64,000 nt of DNA from Eledone cirrhosa. Its lineage: Eukaryota. Position 1 is the first letter of the stretch. Each line of letters starts with the position of its first letter. The notes under the pieces were generated by a model, which had not been told where the DNA came from, ran no database searches, and was given only the letters and a program-made list of their open reading frames with translations. The translations under genes and the position numbers were made by a program. Positions 43,101-59,400 of this stretch are shown piece after piece. Location: NCBI GenBank assembly GCA_964016885.1, contig OZ024740.1:318370001-318434000 (forward strand), written 5' to 3'.

Positions 43101-45022
43101 ATTTCTACTACAATACTAACTTCAAATAATCCAGGATTGTCTCATCTATTTCCACAACTTACATTCTATCTGATATTCGAACGACTCTACCAATTCGAAG
43201 TCTTTGTACTACAATACTAACAACAAATAATGCAGGATTGTCTCGTCTATTTCCACAACTTACATTCTATCTGACATTCTAACGACTCTACCAATTCGAA
43301 GTCTTTCTATTACAATACTCACAACAAATAATCCAGGATTGTCTCGTCTATTTCCACAACTTACATTCTACCTGACATCCTAACGACTCTACGAATTCGA
43401 AGTCTTTCTACTACAATACTAACTTCAAATAATCCAGGAATGTCTCGTCTACTTCCACAACTTACATTGTATCTGACATTCTAACGACTCTACCAATTCG
43501 AAGTCTTTCTACTACAATACTAACTTTAAACAATCCAGGATTGTCTCCTCTATTTCCACAACTTACATTCTATCTGACATTCTAACGACTCTACCAATTC
43601 GAAGTTTTTCTACTACAATACTCACAACAAATAATCCAAGATTGTCTCGTCTATTTCCACAACTTAAATTCTATCTGATATTCTAACGACTCTACCAATT
43701 CGAAGTCTATCTATTACAGTACTAACAACAAATAATCCAGGATTCTATCGTCTATTTCCACAACTTACATTCTATCTGATATTCTAACGACTCTACCAAT
43801 TCGCTGTATTTCTACTACAATACTAACTTCAAATAATCCAGGATTGTCTCATCTATTTCCACAACTTACATTCTATGTTACATTCAAAGGACTCTATCAA
43901 TTCGAAGTCTTTCTACAACAATACTAACGTCAAATAATCCAGGATAGTCACGTCTTTCCACAACTTACATTCTATCTGACATTCTAACGACTCTACCAAT
44001 TCGAAGTATTTCTACTACAATACTAACAACAAATAATCTAGGATTGTCTCGTCTATTTACACAACTTACATTCTATCTGACATTCTAACGACTCTACCAA
44101 TTCGAAGTTTTTCTACTAAAATACTCACAACAAATATTCAAGGATTGTATCGTCTATTTCCACAACTTACATTCTATATGACATTCTAACGACTCTACCA
44201 ATTCGACTTCTTTGTACTACAATACTAACAACAAATAATGCAGGATTGTCTCGTCTATTTCCACAACTTACATTCTATCTGACATTCTAACGACTCTATC
44301 AATTCGAAGTCTTTCTACTACAATACTCATAACAAATAATCCAGGATTGTCTCGTCTATTTCCACAACTTACATTCTATCTGACATTCTAACGACTCTAC
44401 CAATTCGAAGTTTTTCTACTTCAATACTCACAACAAATAATCAAGGATCGTATCGTCTATTTCCACAACGTACATTCTATCTGACATTCTAACGACTCTA
44501 CCAATTCGAAATATTTCTACTACAATACTCACAACAATTAATCCAGGAATGTCTCGTCTATTTCCACACCTTACATTCTATCTGACATTCTAACGACTCT
44601 ACCCATTAGCTGTATTTCTACTACAATACTAACTTCATATAATCCAGGATTGTCTCGTCTACTTCCACAACTTACATTGTATCTGATATTCTAACGACTC
44701 TACCAATTCGAAGTCTTTCTACTACAATACTAACTTTAAACAATCCAGGATTGTCTCCTCTATTTCCACAACTTACATTATATCTGACATTCTAACGAGT
44801 CTACCATTTCGCTGTATTTCTACTACAATACTCACAACAAATAAACCAGGATTGTCTCGTCTATTTCCACAACATACATTCTATCTGACATTCTAACGAC
44901 TCTACCAATTCGCTGTCTTTCTACTACAATACTCAACAAATAATCCAGCACTGTCTCGTCTATTTCCACAACTTACATTCTATCTGACATTCTAACGACT
45001 CTACCAATTCGAAGTCTTTCTA
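40119..45022. repeat. Tandem duplication of a 24-monomer unit (2420 bp)
   Basis: CACACAACAA 40191/42611, ORF starts 40612/43032, GGATAGTCACGTCTTTCC 41522/43942. One SNP seen (A40433 vs G42853). Confidence 0.93.
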
Positions 45023-48000
45023 CTACAATACTCACAACAAATAATCCAGGATTGTCTCGTCTATTTCCACAACTTACATTCTATCTGACATTCAAACGAC
45101 TCTATCAATTCGAAGTCTTTCTACTACAATACTAACGTCATATAATCCAGGATTGTCTCGTCTATTTCCACAACTTACATTCTATCTGACATTCTAACGA
45201 CTCTACCAATTCGAAGTTTTTCTACTCCAATACTCACAACAAATAATCAAGGATTGTATCTTCTATTTCCACAACGTACATTCTATCTGACATTCTAACG
45301 ACTCTACCAATTCGAAGTCTTTCTACTACAATACTCACAACAATTAATCCAGGAATGTCTCGTCTATTTCCACACCTTACATTCTATCTAACATTCTAAC
45401 GACTCTACCCATTCGCTGTATTTCTACTACAATACTAACTTCAAATATTCCAGGATTGTCTCGTCTACTTCCACAACTTACATTGTATCTGATATTCTAA
45501 CGACTCTACCAATTCGAAGTCTTTCTACTACAATACTAACGTCAAATAATCCAGGATTGTCTCCTCTATTTCCACAACTTACATTCTATCTCACATTCCA
45601 ACGAGTCTACCAATTCGCTGTATTTCTAATACAATACTCACAACAAATAAACCAGGATTGTCTCGTCTATTTCCACAACTTACATTCTACCTGACATCCT
45701 AACGACTCTACGAATTCGAAGTCTTTCTACTACAATACTCACAACAAATAATCCAGGATTGTCTCGTCTATTTCCACAACTTACATTCTATCTGACATTC
45801 TAACGACTCAACCAAATCGAAGTTTTTCTACTACAATACTCACAACAAATAATCAAGGATTGTATCGTCTATTTCCACAACGTACATTCTATCTGACATT
45901 CTAACGACTCTACCAATTCGAAGTCATTCTACTACAATACTCACAACAATTAATCCAGGAATGTCTCGTCTATTTCCACACCTTACATTCTATCTGACAT
46001 TCTAACGACTCTACCCATTCGCTGTATTTCTACTACAATACTAACTTCAAATAATCCAGGAATGTCTCGTCTACTTCCACAACTTACATTGTATCTGACA
46101 TTCTAACGACTCTACCAATTCGAAGTCTTTCTACTACAATACTAACTTTAAACAATCCAGGATTGTCTCCTCTATTTCCACAACTTACATTCTATCTGAC
46201 ATTCTAACGACTCTACCAATTCGAAGTCTATCTATTACAATAATAACAACAAATAATCTAGGATTGTCTCGTCTATTTCCACAACTTACATTCTATCTGA
46301 CATTCTAACGACTCTACCAATTCGAAGTTTTTCTACTACAATACTCACAACAAATAATCCAAGATTGTCTCGTCTATTTCCACAACTTAAATTCTATCTG
46401 ACATTCTAACGACTCTACCAATTCGAAGTCTATCTATTACAGTACTAACAACAAATAATCCAGGATTCTATCGTCTATTTCCACAACTTACATTCTATCT
46501 GATATTCTAACGACTCTACCAATTCGCTGTATTTCTACTACAATACTAACTTCAAATAATCCAGGATTGTCTCATCTATTTCCACAACTTACATTCTATC
46601 TGACATTCAAAGGACTCTATCAATTCGAAGTCTTTCTACTACAATACTAACGTCAAATAATCCAGGATAGTCACGTCTATTTCCACAACTTACATTCTAT
46701 CTGACATTCTAACGACTCTACCAATTCGAAGTATTTCTACTACAATACTAACAACAAATAATCTAGGATTGTCTCGTCTATTTACACAACTTACATTCTA
46801 TCTGACATTCTAACGACTCTACCAATTCGAAGTCTATCTATTACAGTACTAACAACAAATAATGCAGGATTCTATCGTCTATTTCCACAACTTACATTCT
46901 ATCTGACATTCTAACGACTCTACCAATTCGAAGTTTTTCTACTACAATACTCACAACAAATAATCCAGGATTGTCTCGTCTATTCCCACAACTTACATTA
47001 TATCTGACATTCTAATGACTCTACCAATTCGAAGTCTTTCTACTACAATACTAACAACAAATAATCTAAGATTGTCTCGTCTATTTCCACAACTTACATT
47101 CGATCTGATATTCGAACGACTCTACCAATTTGAAGTCTTTCTACTACAATACTAACAACAAATAATCCAGTATTGTCTCCCCTTTTTTCACAACTTACAT
47201 TCTATCTGACATTCAAACGACTCTATCAATTCGAAGTCTTTATACTACAATACTAACGTCAAGTAATCCAGGATTGTCTCGTCCATATCCACAACTTACA
47301 TTCTATCTGACATTCTAACAACTCTACCAATTCGAAGTCTATCTATTACAGTACTAACAACAAATAATCCATGATTATATCGTCTATTTCCACAACTTAC
47401 ATTCTATCTGATATTCTAACGACACTACCAATTCGCTGTATTTCTACTACAATACTAACTTCAAATAATCCAGGATTGTCTCATCTATTTCCACAACTTA
47501 CATTCTATCTGATATTCGAACGACTCTACCAATTCGAAGTCTTTGTACTACAATACTAACAACAAATAATGCAGGATTGTCTCGTCTATTTCCACAACTT
47601 ACATTCTATCTGACATTCTAACGACTCTACCAATTCGAAGTCTTTCTATTACAATACTCACAACAAATAATCCAGGATTGTCTCGTCTATTTCCACAACT
47701 TACATTCTACCTGACATCCTAACGACTCTACGAATTCGAAGTCTTTCTACTACAATACTCACAACAAATAATCCAGGATTGTCTCGTCTATTTCCACAAC
47801 TTACATTCTATCTGACATTCTAACGACTCAACCAATTCGAAGTTTTTCTACTACAATACTCACAACAAATTATCAAGGATTGTATCGTCTATTTCCACAA
47901 CGTACATTCTATCTGACATTCTAACGACTCTACCAATTCGAAGTCATTCTACTACAATACTCACAACAATTAATCCAGGAATGTCTCGTCTATTTCCACA

Positions 48001-49763
48001 CCTTACATTCTATCTGACATTCTAACGACTCTACCCATTCGCTGTATTTCTACTACAATACTAACTTCAAATAATCCAGGAATGTCTCGTCTACTTCCAC
48101 AACTTACATTGTATCTGACATTCTAACGACTCTACCAATTCGAAGTCTTTCTACTACAATACTAACTTTAAACAATCCAGGATTGTCTCCTCTATTTCCA
48201 CAACTTACATTCTATCTGACATTCTAACGACTCTACCAATTCGAAGTTTTTCTACTACAATACTCACAACAAATAATCCAAGATTGTCTCGTCTATTTCC
48301 ACAACTTAAATTCTATCTGACATTCTAACGACTCTACCAATTCGAAGTCTATCTATTACAGTACTAACAACAAATAATCCAGGATTCTATCGTCTATTTC
48401 CACAACTTACATTCTATCTGATATTCTAACGACTCTACCAATTCGCTGTATTTCTACTACAATACTAACTTCAAATAATCCAGGATTGTCTCATCTATTT
48501 CCACAACTTACATTCTATGTGACATTCAAAGGACTCTATCAATTCGAAGTCTTTCTACAACAATACTAACGTCAAATAATCCAGGATAGTCACGTCTTTC
48601 CACAACTTACATTCTATCTGACATTCTAACGACTCTACCAATTCGAAGTATTTCTACTACAATACTAACAACAAATAATCTAGGATTGTCTCGTCTATTT
48701 ACACAACTTACATTCTATCTGACATTTTAACGACTCTACCAATTCGAAGTTTTTCTACTACAATACTCACAACAAATATTCAAGGATTGTATCGTCTATT
48801 TCCACAACTTACATTCTATATGACATTCTAACGACTCTACCAATTCGACTTCTTTGTACTACAATACTAACAACAAATAATGCAGGATTGTCTCGTCTAT
48901 TTCCACAACTTACATTCTATCTGACATTCTAACGACTCTATCAATTCGAAGTCTTTCTACTACAATACTCACAACAAATAATCCAGGATTGCCTCGTCTA
49001 TTTCCACAACTTACATTCTATCTGACATTCTAACGACTCTACCAATTCGAAGTTTTTCTACTTCAATACTCACAACAAATAATCAAGGATCGTATCGTCT
49101 ATTTCCACAACGTACATTCTATCTGACATTCTAACGACTCTACCAATTCGAAATCTTTCTACTACAATACTCACAACAATTAATCCAGGAATGTCTCGTC
49201 TATTTCCACACCTTACATTCTATCTGACATTCTAACGACTCTACCCATTAGCTGTATTTCTACTACAATACTAACTTCATATAATCCAGGATTGTCTCGT
49301 CTACTTCCACAACTTACATTGTATCTGATATTCTAACGACTCTACCAATTCGAAGTCTTTCTACTACAATACTAACTTTAAACAATCCAGGATTGTCTCC
49401 TCTATTTCCACAACTTACATTATATCTGACATTCTAACGAGTCTACCATTTCGCTGTATTTCTACTACAATACTCACAACAAATAAACCAGGATTGTCTC
49501 GTCTATTTCCACAACATACATTCTATCTGACATTCTAACGACTCTACCAATTCGCTGTCTTTCTACTACAATACTCAACAAATAATCCAGCACTGTCTCG
49601 TCTATTTCCACAACTTACATTCTATCTGACATTCTAACGACTCTACCAATTCGAAGTCTTTCTACTACAATACTCACAACAAATAATCCAGGATTGTCTC
49701 GTCTATTTCCACAACTTACATTCTATCTGACATTCAAACGACCCTATCAATTCGAAGTCTTTC

Positions 49764-52700
49764 TACTACAATACTAACGTCATATAATCCAGGATTGTCT
49801 CGTCTATTTCCACAACTTACATTCTATCTGACATTCTAACGACTCTACCAATTCGAAGTTTTTCTACTCCAATACTCACAACAAATAATCAAGGATTGTA
49901 TCTTCTATTTCCACAACTTACATTCTATCTAACATTCTAACGACTCTACCCATTCGCTGTATTTCTACTACAATACTAACTTCAAATATTCCAGGATTGT
50001 CTCGTCTACTTCCACAACTTACATTGTATCTGATATTCTAACGACTCTACCAATTCGAAGTCTTTCTACTACAATACTAACGTCAAATAATCCAGGATTG
50101 TCTCCTCTATTTCCACAACTTACATTCTATCTCACATTCCAACGAGTCTACCAATTCGCTGTATTTCTAATACAATACTCACAACAAATAAACCAGGATT
50201 GTCTCGTCTATTTCCACAACTTACATTCTACCTGACATCCTAACGACTCTACGAATTCGAAGTCTTTCTACTACAATACTCACAACAAATAATCCAGGAT
50301 TGTCTCGTCTATTTCCACAACTTACATTCTATCTGACATTCTAACGACTCAACCAATTCGAAGTTTTTCTACTACAATACTCACAACAAATAATCAAGGA
50401 TTGTATCGTCTATTTCCACAACGTACATTCTATCTGACATTCTAACGACTCTACCAATTCGAAGTCATTCTACTACAATACTCACAACAATTAATCCAGG
50501 AATGTCTCGTCTATTTCCACACCTTACATTCTATCTGACATTCTAACGACTCTACCCATTCGCTGTATTTCTACTACAATACTAACTTCAAATAATCCAG
50601 GAATGTCTCGTCTACTTCCACAACTTACATTGTATCTGACATTCTAACGACTCTACCAATTCGAAGTCTTTCTACTACAATACTAACTTTAAACAATCCA
50701 GGATTGTCTCCTCTATTTCCACAACTTACATTCTATCTGACATTCTAACGACTCTACCAATTCGATTTCTTTCTACTACAATACTCACAACAAATAATCC
50801 AGGATTGTCTCGTCTATTTCCACAACTTACATTCTATCTGACATTCAAACGACTCTATCAATTCGAAGTCTTTCTACTACAATACTAACGTCAAATAATC
50901 CAGGAATGTCTCGTCCATTTCCATAACTTACATTCTATCTGACATTCTAACGACTCTACCAATTCGAAGTCTATCTATTACAATAATAACAACAAATAAT
51001 CTAGGATTGTCTCGTCTATTTCCACAACTTACATTCTATCTGACATTCTAACGACTCTACCAATTCGAAGTTTTTCTACTACAATACTCACAACAAATAA
51101 TCCAAGATTGTCTCGTCTATTTCCACAACTTAAATTCTATCTGACATTCTAACGACTCTACCAATTCGAAGTCTATCTATTACAGTACTAACAACAAATA
51201 ATCCAGGATTCTATCGTCTATTTCCACAACTTACATTCTATCTGATATTCTAACGACTCTACCAATTCGCTGTATTTCTACTACAATACTAACTTCAAAT
51301 AATCCAGGATTGTCTCGTCTATTTCCACAACTTACATTCTACCTGACATCCTAACGACTCTACGAATTCGAAGTCTTTCTACTACAGTACTCACAACAAA
51401 TAATCCAGGATTGTCTCGTCTATTTCCACAACTTACATTCTATCTGACATTCTAACGACTCAACCAATTCGAAGTTTTTCTACTACAATACTCACAACAA
51501 ATAATCAAGGATTGTATCGTCTATTTCCACAACGTACATTCTATCTGACATTCTAACGACTCTACCAATTCGAAGTCATTCTACTACAATACTCACAACA
51601 ATTAATCCAGGAATGTCTCGTCTATTTCCACACCTTACATTCTATCTGACATTCTAACGACTCTACCCATTCGCTGTATTTCTACTACAATACTAACTTC
51701 AAATAATCCAGGAATGTCTCGTCTACTTCCACAACTTACATTGTATCTGACATTCTAACGACTCTACCAATTCGAAGTCTTTCTACTACAATACTAACTT
51801 TAAACAATCCAGGATTGTCTCCTCTATTTCCACAACTTACATTCTATCTGACATTCTAACGACTCTACCAATTCGATTTCTTTCTACTACAATACTCACA
51901 ACAAATAATCCAGGATTGTCTCGTCTATTTCCACAACTTACATTCTATCTGACATTCAAACGACTCTATCAATTCGAAGTCTTTCTACTACAATACTAAC
52001 GTCAAATAATCCAGGAATGTCTCGTCCATTTCCATAACTTACATTCTATCTGACATTCTAACGACTCTACCAATTCGAAGTCTATCTATTACAATAATAA
52101 CAACAAATAATCTAGGATTGTCTCGTCTATTTCCACAACTTACATTCTATCTGACATTCTAACGACTCTACCAATTCGAAGTTTTTCTACTACAATACTC
52201 ACAACAAATAATCCGAGATTGTCTCGTCTATTTCCACAACTTAAATTCTATCTGACATTCTAACGACTCTACCAATTCGAAGTCTATCTATTACAGTACT
52301 AACAACAAATAATCCAGGATTCTATCGTCTATTTCCACAACTTACATTCTATCTGATATTCTAACGACTCTACCAATTCGCTGTATTTCTACTACAATAC
52401 TAACTTCAAATAATCCAGGATTGTCTCATCTATTTCCACAACTTACATTCTATCTGACATTTAAAGGACTCTATCAATTCGAAGTCTTTCTACTACAATA
52501 CTAACGTCAAATAATCCAGGATAGTCACGTCTATTTCCACAACTTACATTCTATCTGACATTCTAACGACTCTACCAATTCGAAGTATTTCTACTACAAT
52601 ACTAACAACAAATAATCTAGGATTGTCTCGTCTATTTACACAACTTACATTCTATCTGACATTCTAACGACTCTACCAGTTCGAAGTCTATCTATTACAG

Positions 52701-55700
52701 TACTAACAACAAATAATGCAGGATTCTATCGTCTATTTCCACAACTTACATTCTATCTGACATTCTAACGACTCTACCAATTCGAAGTTTTTCTACTACA
52801 ATACTCACAACAAATAATCCAGGATTGTCTCGTCTATTCCCACAACTTACATTATATCTGACATTCTAATGACTCTACCAATTCGAAGTCTTTCTACTAC
52901 AATACTAACAACAAATAATCTAAGATTGTCTCGTCTATTTCCACAACTTACATTCGATCTGATATTCGAACGACTCTACCAATTTGAAGTCTTTCTACTA
53001 CAATACTAACAACAAATAATCCAGTATTGTCTCCCCTTTTTTCACAACTTACATTCTATCTGACATTCAAACGACTCTATCAATTCGAAGTCTTTATACT
53101 ACAATACTAACGTCATATAATCCAGGATTGTCTCGTCTATTTCCACAACTTACATTCTATCTGACATTCTAACGACTCTACCAATTCGAAGTTTTTCTAC
53201 TCCAATACTCACAACAAATAATCAAGGATTGTATCTTCTATTTCCACAACTTACATTCTATCTAACATTCTAACGACTCTACCCATTCGCTGTATTTCTA
53301 CTACAATACTAACTTCAAATATTCCAGGATTGTCTCGTCTACTTCCACAACTTACATTGTATCTGATATTCTAACGACTCTACCAATTCGAAGTCTTTCT
53401 ACTACAATACTAACGTCAAATAATCCAGGATTGTCTCCTCTATTTCCACAACTTACATTCTATCTCACATTCCAACGAGTCTACCAATTCGCTGTATTTC
53501 TAATACAATACTCACAACAAATAAACCAGGATTGTCTCGTCTATTTCCACAACTTACATTCTACCTGACATCCTAACGACTCTACGAATTCGAAGTCTTT
53601 CTACTACAATACTCACAACAAATAATCCAGGATTGTCTCGTCTATTTCCACAACTTACATTCTATCTGACATTCTAACGACTCAACCAATTCGAAGTTTT
53701 TCTACTACAATACTCACAACAAATAATCAAGGATTGTATCGTCTATTTCCACAACGTACATTCTATCTGACATTCTAACGACTCTACCAATTCGAAGTCA
53801 TTCTACTACAATACTCACAACAATTAATCCAGGAATGTCTCGTCTATTTCCACACCTTACATTCTATCTGACATTCTAACGACTCTACCCATTCGCTGTA
53901 TTTCTACTACAATACTAACTTCAAATAATCCAGGAATGTCTCGTCTACTTCCACAACTTACATTGTATCTGACATTCTAACGACTCTACCAATTCGAAGT
54001 CTTTCTACTACAATACTAACTTTAAACAATCCAGGATTGTCTCCTCTATTTCCACAACTTACATTCTATCTGACATTCTAACGACTCTACCAATTCGATT
54101 TCTTTCTACTACAATACTCACAACAAATAATCCAGGATTGTCTCGTCTATTTCCACAACTTACATTCTATCTGACATTCAAACGACTCTATCAATTCGAA
54201 GTCTTTCTACTACAATACTAACGTCAAATAATCCAGGAATGTCTCGTCCATTTCCATAACGTACATTCTATCTGACATTCTAACGACTCTACCAATTCGA
54301 AGTCTATCTATTACAATAATAACAACAAATAATCTAGGATTGTCTCGTCTATTTCCACAACTTACATTCTATCTGACATTCTAACGACTCTACCAATTCG
54401 AAGTTTTTCTACTACAATACTCACAACAAATAATCCAAGATTGTCTCGTCTATTTCCACAACTTAAATTCTATCTGACATTCTAACGACTCTACCAATTC
54501 GAAGTCTATCTATTACAGTACTAACAACAAATAATCCAGGATTCTATCGTCTATTTCCACAACTTACATTCTATCTGATATTCTAACGACTCTACCAATT
54601 CGCTGTATTTCTACTACAATACTAACTTCAAATAATCCAGGATTGTCTCGTCTATTTCCACAACTTACATTCTACCTGACATCCTAACGACTCTACGAAT
54701 TCGAAGTCTTTCTACTACAGTACTCACAACAAATAATCCAGGATTGTCTCGTCTATTTCCACAACTTACATTCTATCTGACATTCTAACGACTCAACCAA
54801 TTCGAAGTTTTTCTACTACAATACTCACAACAAATAATCAAGGATTGTATCGTCTATTTCCACAACGTACATTCTATCTGACATTCTAACGACTCTACCA
54901 ATTCGAAGTCATTCTACTACAATACTCACAACAATTAATCCAGGAATGTCTCGTCTATTTCCACACCTTACATTCTATCTGACATTCTAACGACTCTACC
55001 CATTCGCTGTATTTCTACTACAATACTAACTTCAAATAATCCAGGAATGTCTCGTCTACTTCCACAACTTACATTGTATCTGACATTCTAACGACTCTAC
55101 CAATTCGAAGTCTTTCTACTACAATACTAACTTTAAACAATCCAGGATTGTCTCCTCTATTTCCACAACTTACATTCTATCTGACATTCTAACGACTCTA
55201 CCAATTCGATTTCTTTCTACTACAATACTCACAACAAATAATCCAGGATTGTCTCGTCTATTTCCACAACTTACATTCTATCTGACATTCAAACGACTCT
55301 ATCAATTCGAAGTCTTTCTACTACAATACTAACGTCAAATAATCCAGGAATGTCTCGTCCATTTCCATAACTTACATTCTATCTGACATTCTAACGACTC
55401 TACCAATTCGAAGTCTATCTATTACAATAATAACAACAAATAATCTAGGATTGTCTCGTCTATTTCCACAACTTACATTCTATCTGACATTCTAACGACT
55501 CTACCAATTCGAAGTTTTTCTACTACAATACTCACAACAAATAATCCGAGATTGTCTCGTCTATTTCCACAACTTAAATTCTATCTGACATTCTAACGAC
55601 TCTACCAATTCGAAGTCTATCTATTACAGTACTAACAACAAATAATCCAGGATTCTATCGTCTATTTCCACAACTTACATTCTATCTGATATTCTAACGA

Positions 55701-56448
55701 CTCTACCAATTCGCTGTATTTCTACTACAATACTAACTTCAAATAATCCAGGATTGTCTCATCTATTTCCACAACTTACATTCTATCTGACATTTAAAGG
55801 ACTCTATCAATTCGAAGTCTTTCTACTACAATACTAACGTCAAATAATCCAGGATAGTCACGTCTATTTCCACAACTTACATTCTATCTGACATTCTAAC
55901 GACTCTACCAATTCGAAGTATTTCTACTACAATACTAACAACAAATAATCTAGGATTGTCTCGTCTATTTACACAACTTACATTCTATCTGACATTCTAA
56001 CGACTCTACCAGTTCGAAGTCTATCTATTACAGTACTAACAACAAATAATGCAGGATTCTATCGTCTATTTCCACAACTTACATTCTATCTGACATTCTA
56101 ACGACTCTACCAATTCGAAGTTTTTCTACTACAATACTCACAACAAATAATCCAGGATTGTCTCGTCTATTCCCACAACTTACATTATATCTGACATTCT
56201 AATGACTCTACCAATTCGAAGTCTTTCTACTACAATACTAACAACAAATAATCTAAGATTGTCTCGTCTATTTCCACAACTTACATTCGATCTGATATTC
56301 GAACGACTCTACCAATTTGAAGTCTTTCTACTACAATACTAACAACAAATAATCCAGTATTGTCTCCCCTTTTTTCACAACTTACATTCTATCTGACATT
56401 CAAACGACTCTATCAATTCGAAGTCTTTATACTACAATACTAACGTCA
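49764..56448. repeat. Tandem duplication of a 33-monomer unit (3333 bp)
   Basis: CATATAATCC 49781/53114, ACTACAGTACTC 51381/54714, ATCCGAG 52211/55544. One SNP seen (T50928 vs G54261). Confidence 0.93.
50193..52427. repeat. 11-monomer tandem duplication (1111 bp) nested inside the 33-mer
   Basis: AACCAATTCG 50351/51462 and CCATAAC 50921/52032. The copies differ at two or more sites (TACAATAC/TACAGTAC, CCAAGA/CCGAGA). Confidence 0.9.
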
Positions 56449-59400
56449 AGTAATCCAGGATTGTCTCGTCCATATCCACAACTTACATTCTATCTGACAT
56501 TCTAACAACTCTACCAATTCGAAGTCTATCTACTACAGTACTAACAACAAATAATCCATGATTATATCGTCTATTTCCACAACTTACATTCTATCTGATA
56601 TTCTAACGACACTACCAATTCGCTGTATTTCTACTACAATACTAACTTCAAATAATCCAGGATTGTCTCATCTATTTCCACAACTTACATTCTATCTGAT
56701 ATTCGAACGACTCTACCAATTCGAAGTCTTTGTACTACAATACTAACAACAAATAATGCAGGATTGTCTCGTCTATTTCCACAACTTACATTCTATCTGA
56801 CATTCTAACGACTCTACCAATTCGAAGTCTTTCTATTACAATACTCACAACAAATAATCCAGGATTGTCTCGTCTATTTCCACAACTTACATTCTACCTG
56901 ACATCCTAACGACTCTACGAATTCGAAGTCTTTCTACTACAATACTCACAACAAATAATCCAGGATTGTCTCGTCTATGTCCACAACTTACATTCTATCT
57001 GACATTCTAACGACTCAACCAATTCGAAGTTTTTCTACTACAATACTCACAACAAATAATCCAGGAATGTCTCGTCTATTTCCACACCTTACATTCTATC
57101 TGACATTCTAAGGACTCTACCCATTCGCTGTATTTCTACTACAATACTAACTTCAAATAATCCAGGAATGTCTCGTCTACTTCCACAACTTACATTGTAT
57201 CTGACATTCTAACGACTCTACCAATTCGAAGTCTTTCTACTACAATACTAACTTTAAACAATCCAGGATTGTCTCCTCTATTTCCACAACTTACATTCTA
57301 TCTGACATTCTAACGACTCTACCAATTCGAAGTTTTTCTACTACAATACTCACAACAAATAATCCAAGATTGTCTCGTCTATTTCCACAACTTAAATTCT
57401 ATCTGACATTCTAACGACTCTACCAATTCGAAGTCTATCTATTACAGTACTAACAACAAATAATCCAGGATTCTATCGTCTATTTCCACAACTTACATTC
57501 TATCTGATATTCTAACGACTCTACCAATTCGCTGTATTTCTACTACAATACTAACTTCAAATAATCCAGGATTGTCTCATCTATTTCCACAACTTACATT
57601 CTATGTGACATTCAAAGGACTCTATCAATTCGAAGTCTTTCTACAACAATACTAACGTCAAATAATCCAGGATAGTCACGTCTTTCCACAACTTACATTC
57701 TATCTGACATTCTAACGACTCTACCAATTCGAAGTATTTCTACTACAATACTAACAACAAATAATCTAGGATTGTCTCGTCTATTTACACAACTTACATT
57801 CTATCTGACATTCTAACGACTCTACCAATTCGAAGTATTTCTACTACAATACTCACAACAAATAATCCAGGATTGTCTCGTCTATTTCCACAACTTACAT
57901 TCTATCTGACATTCTAACGACTCAACCAATTCGAAGTTTTTCTACTACAATACTCACAACAAATAATCAAGGATTGTATCGTCTATTTCCACAACGTACA
58001 TTCTATCTGACATTCTAACGACTCTACCAATTCGAAGTCATTCTACTACAATACTCACAACAATTAATCCAGGAATGTCTCGTCTATTTCCACACCTTAC
58101 ATTCTATCTGACATTCTAACGACTCTACCCATTCGCTGTATTTCTACTACAATACTAACTTCAAATAATCCAGGAATGTCTCGTCTACTTCCACAACTTA
58201 CATTGTATCTGACATTCTAACGACTCTACCAATTCGAAGTCTTTCTACTACAATACTAACTTTAAACAATCCAGGATTGTCTCCTCTATTTCCACAACTT
58301 ACATTCTATCTGACATTCTAACGACTCTACCAATTCGATTTCTTTCTACTACAATACTCACAACAAATAATCCAGGATTGTCTCGTCTATTTCCACAACT
58401 TACATTCTATCTGACATTCAAACGACTCTATCAATTCGAAGTCTTTCTACTACAATACTAACGTCAAATAATCCAGGAATGTCTCGTCCATTTCCATAAC
58501 TTACATTCTATCTGACATTCTAACGACTCTACCAATTCGAAGTCTATCTATTACAATAATAACAACAAATAATCTAGGATTGTCTCGTCTATTTCCACAA
58601 CTTACATTCTATCTGACATTCTAACGACTCTACCAATTCGAAGTTTTTCTACTACAATACTCACAACAAATAATCCGAGATTGTCTCGTCTATTTCCACA
58701 ACTTAAATTCTATCTGACATTCTAACGACTCTACCAATTCGAAGTCTATCTATTACAGTACTAACAACAAATAATCCAGGATTCTATCGTCTATTTCCAC
58801 AACTTACATTCTATCTGATATTCTAACGACTCTACCAATTCGCTGTATTTCTACTACAATACTAACTTCAAATAATCCAGGATTGTCTCATCTATTTCCA
58901 CAACTTACATTCTATCTGACATTTAAAGGACTCTATCAATTCGAAGTCTTTCTACTACAATACTAACGTCAAATAATCCAGGATAGTCACGTCTATTTCC
59001 ACAACTTACATTCTATCTGACATTCTAACGACTCTACCAATTCGAAGTATTTCTACTACAATACTAACAACAAATAATCTAGGATTGTCTCGTCTATTTA
59101 CACAACTTACATTCTATCTGACATTCTAACGACTCTACCAGTTCGAAGTCTATCTATTACAGTACTAACAACAAATAATGCAGGATTCTATCGTCTATTT
59201 CCACAACTTACATTCTATCTGACATTCTAACGACTCTACCAATTCGAAGTTTTTCTACTACAATACTCACAACAAATAATCCAGGATTGTCTCGTCTATT
59301 CCCACAACTTACATTATATCTGACATTCTAATGACTCTACCAATTCGAAGTCTTTCTACTACAATACTAACAACAAATAATCTAAGATTGTCTCGTCTAT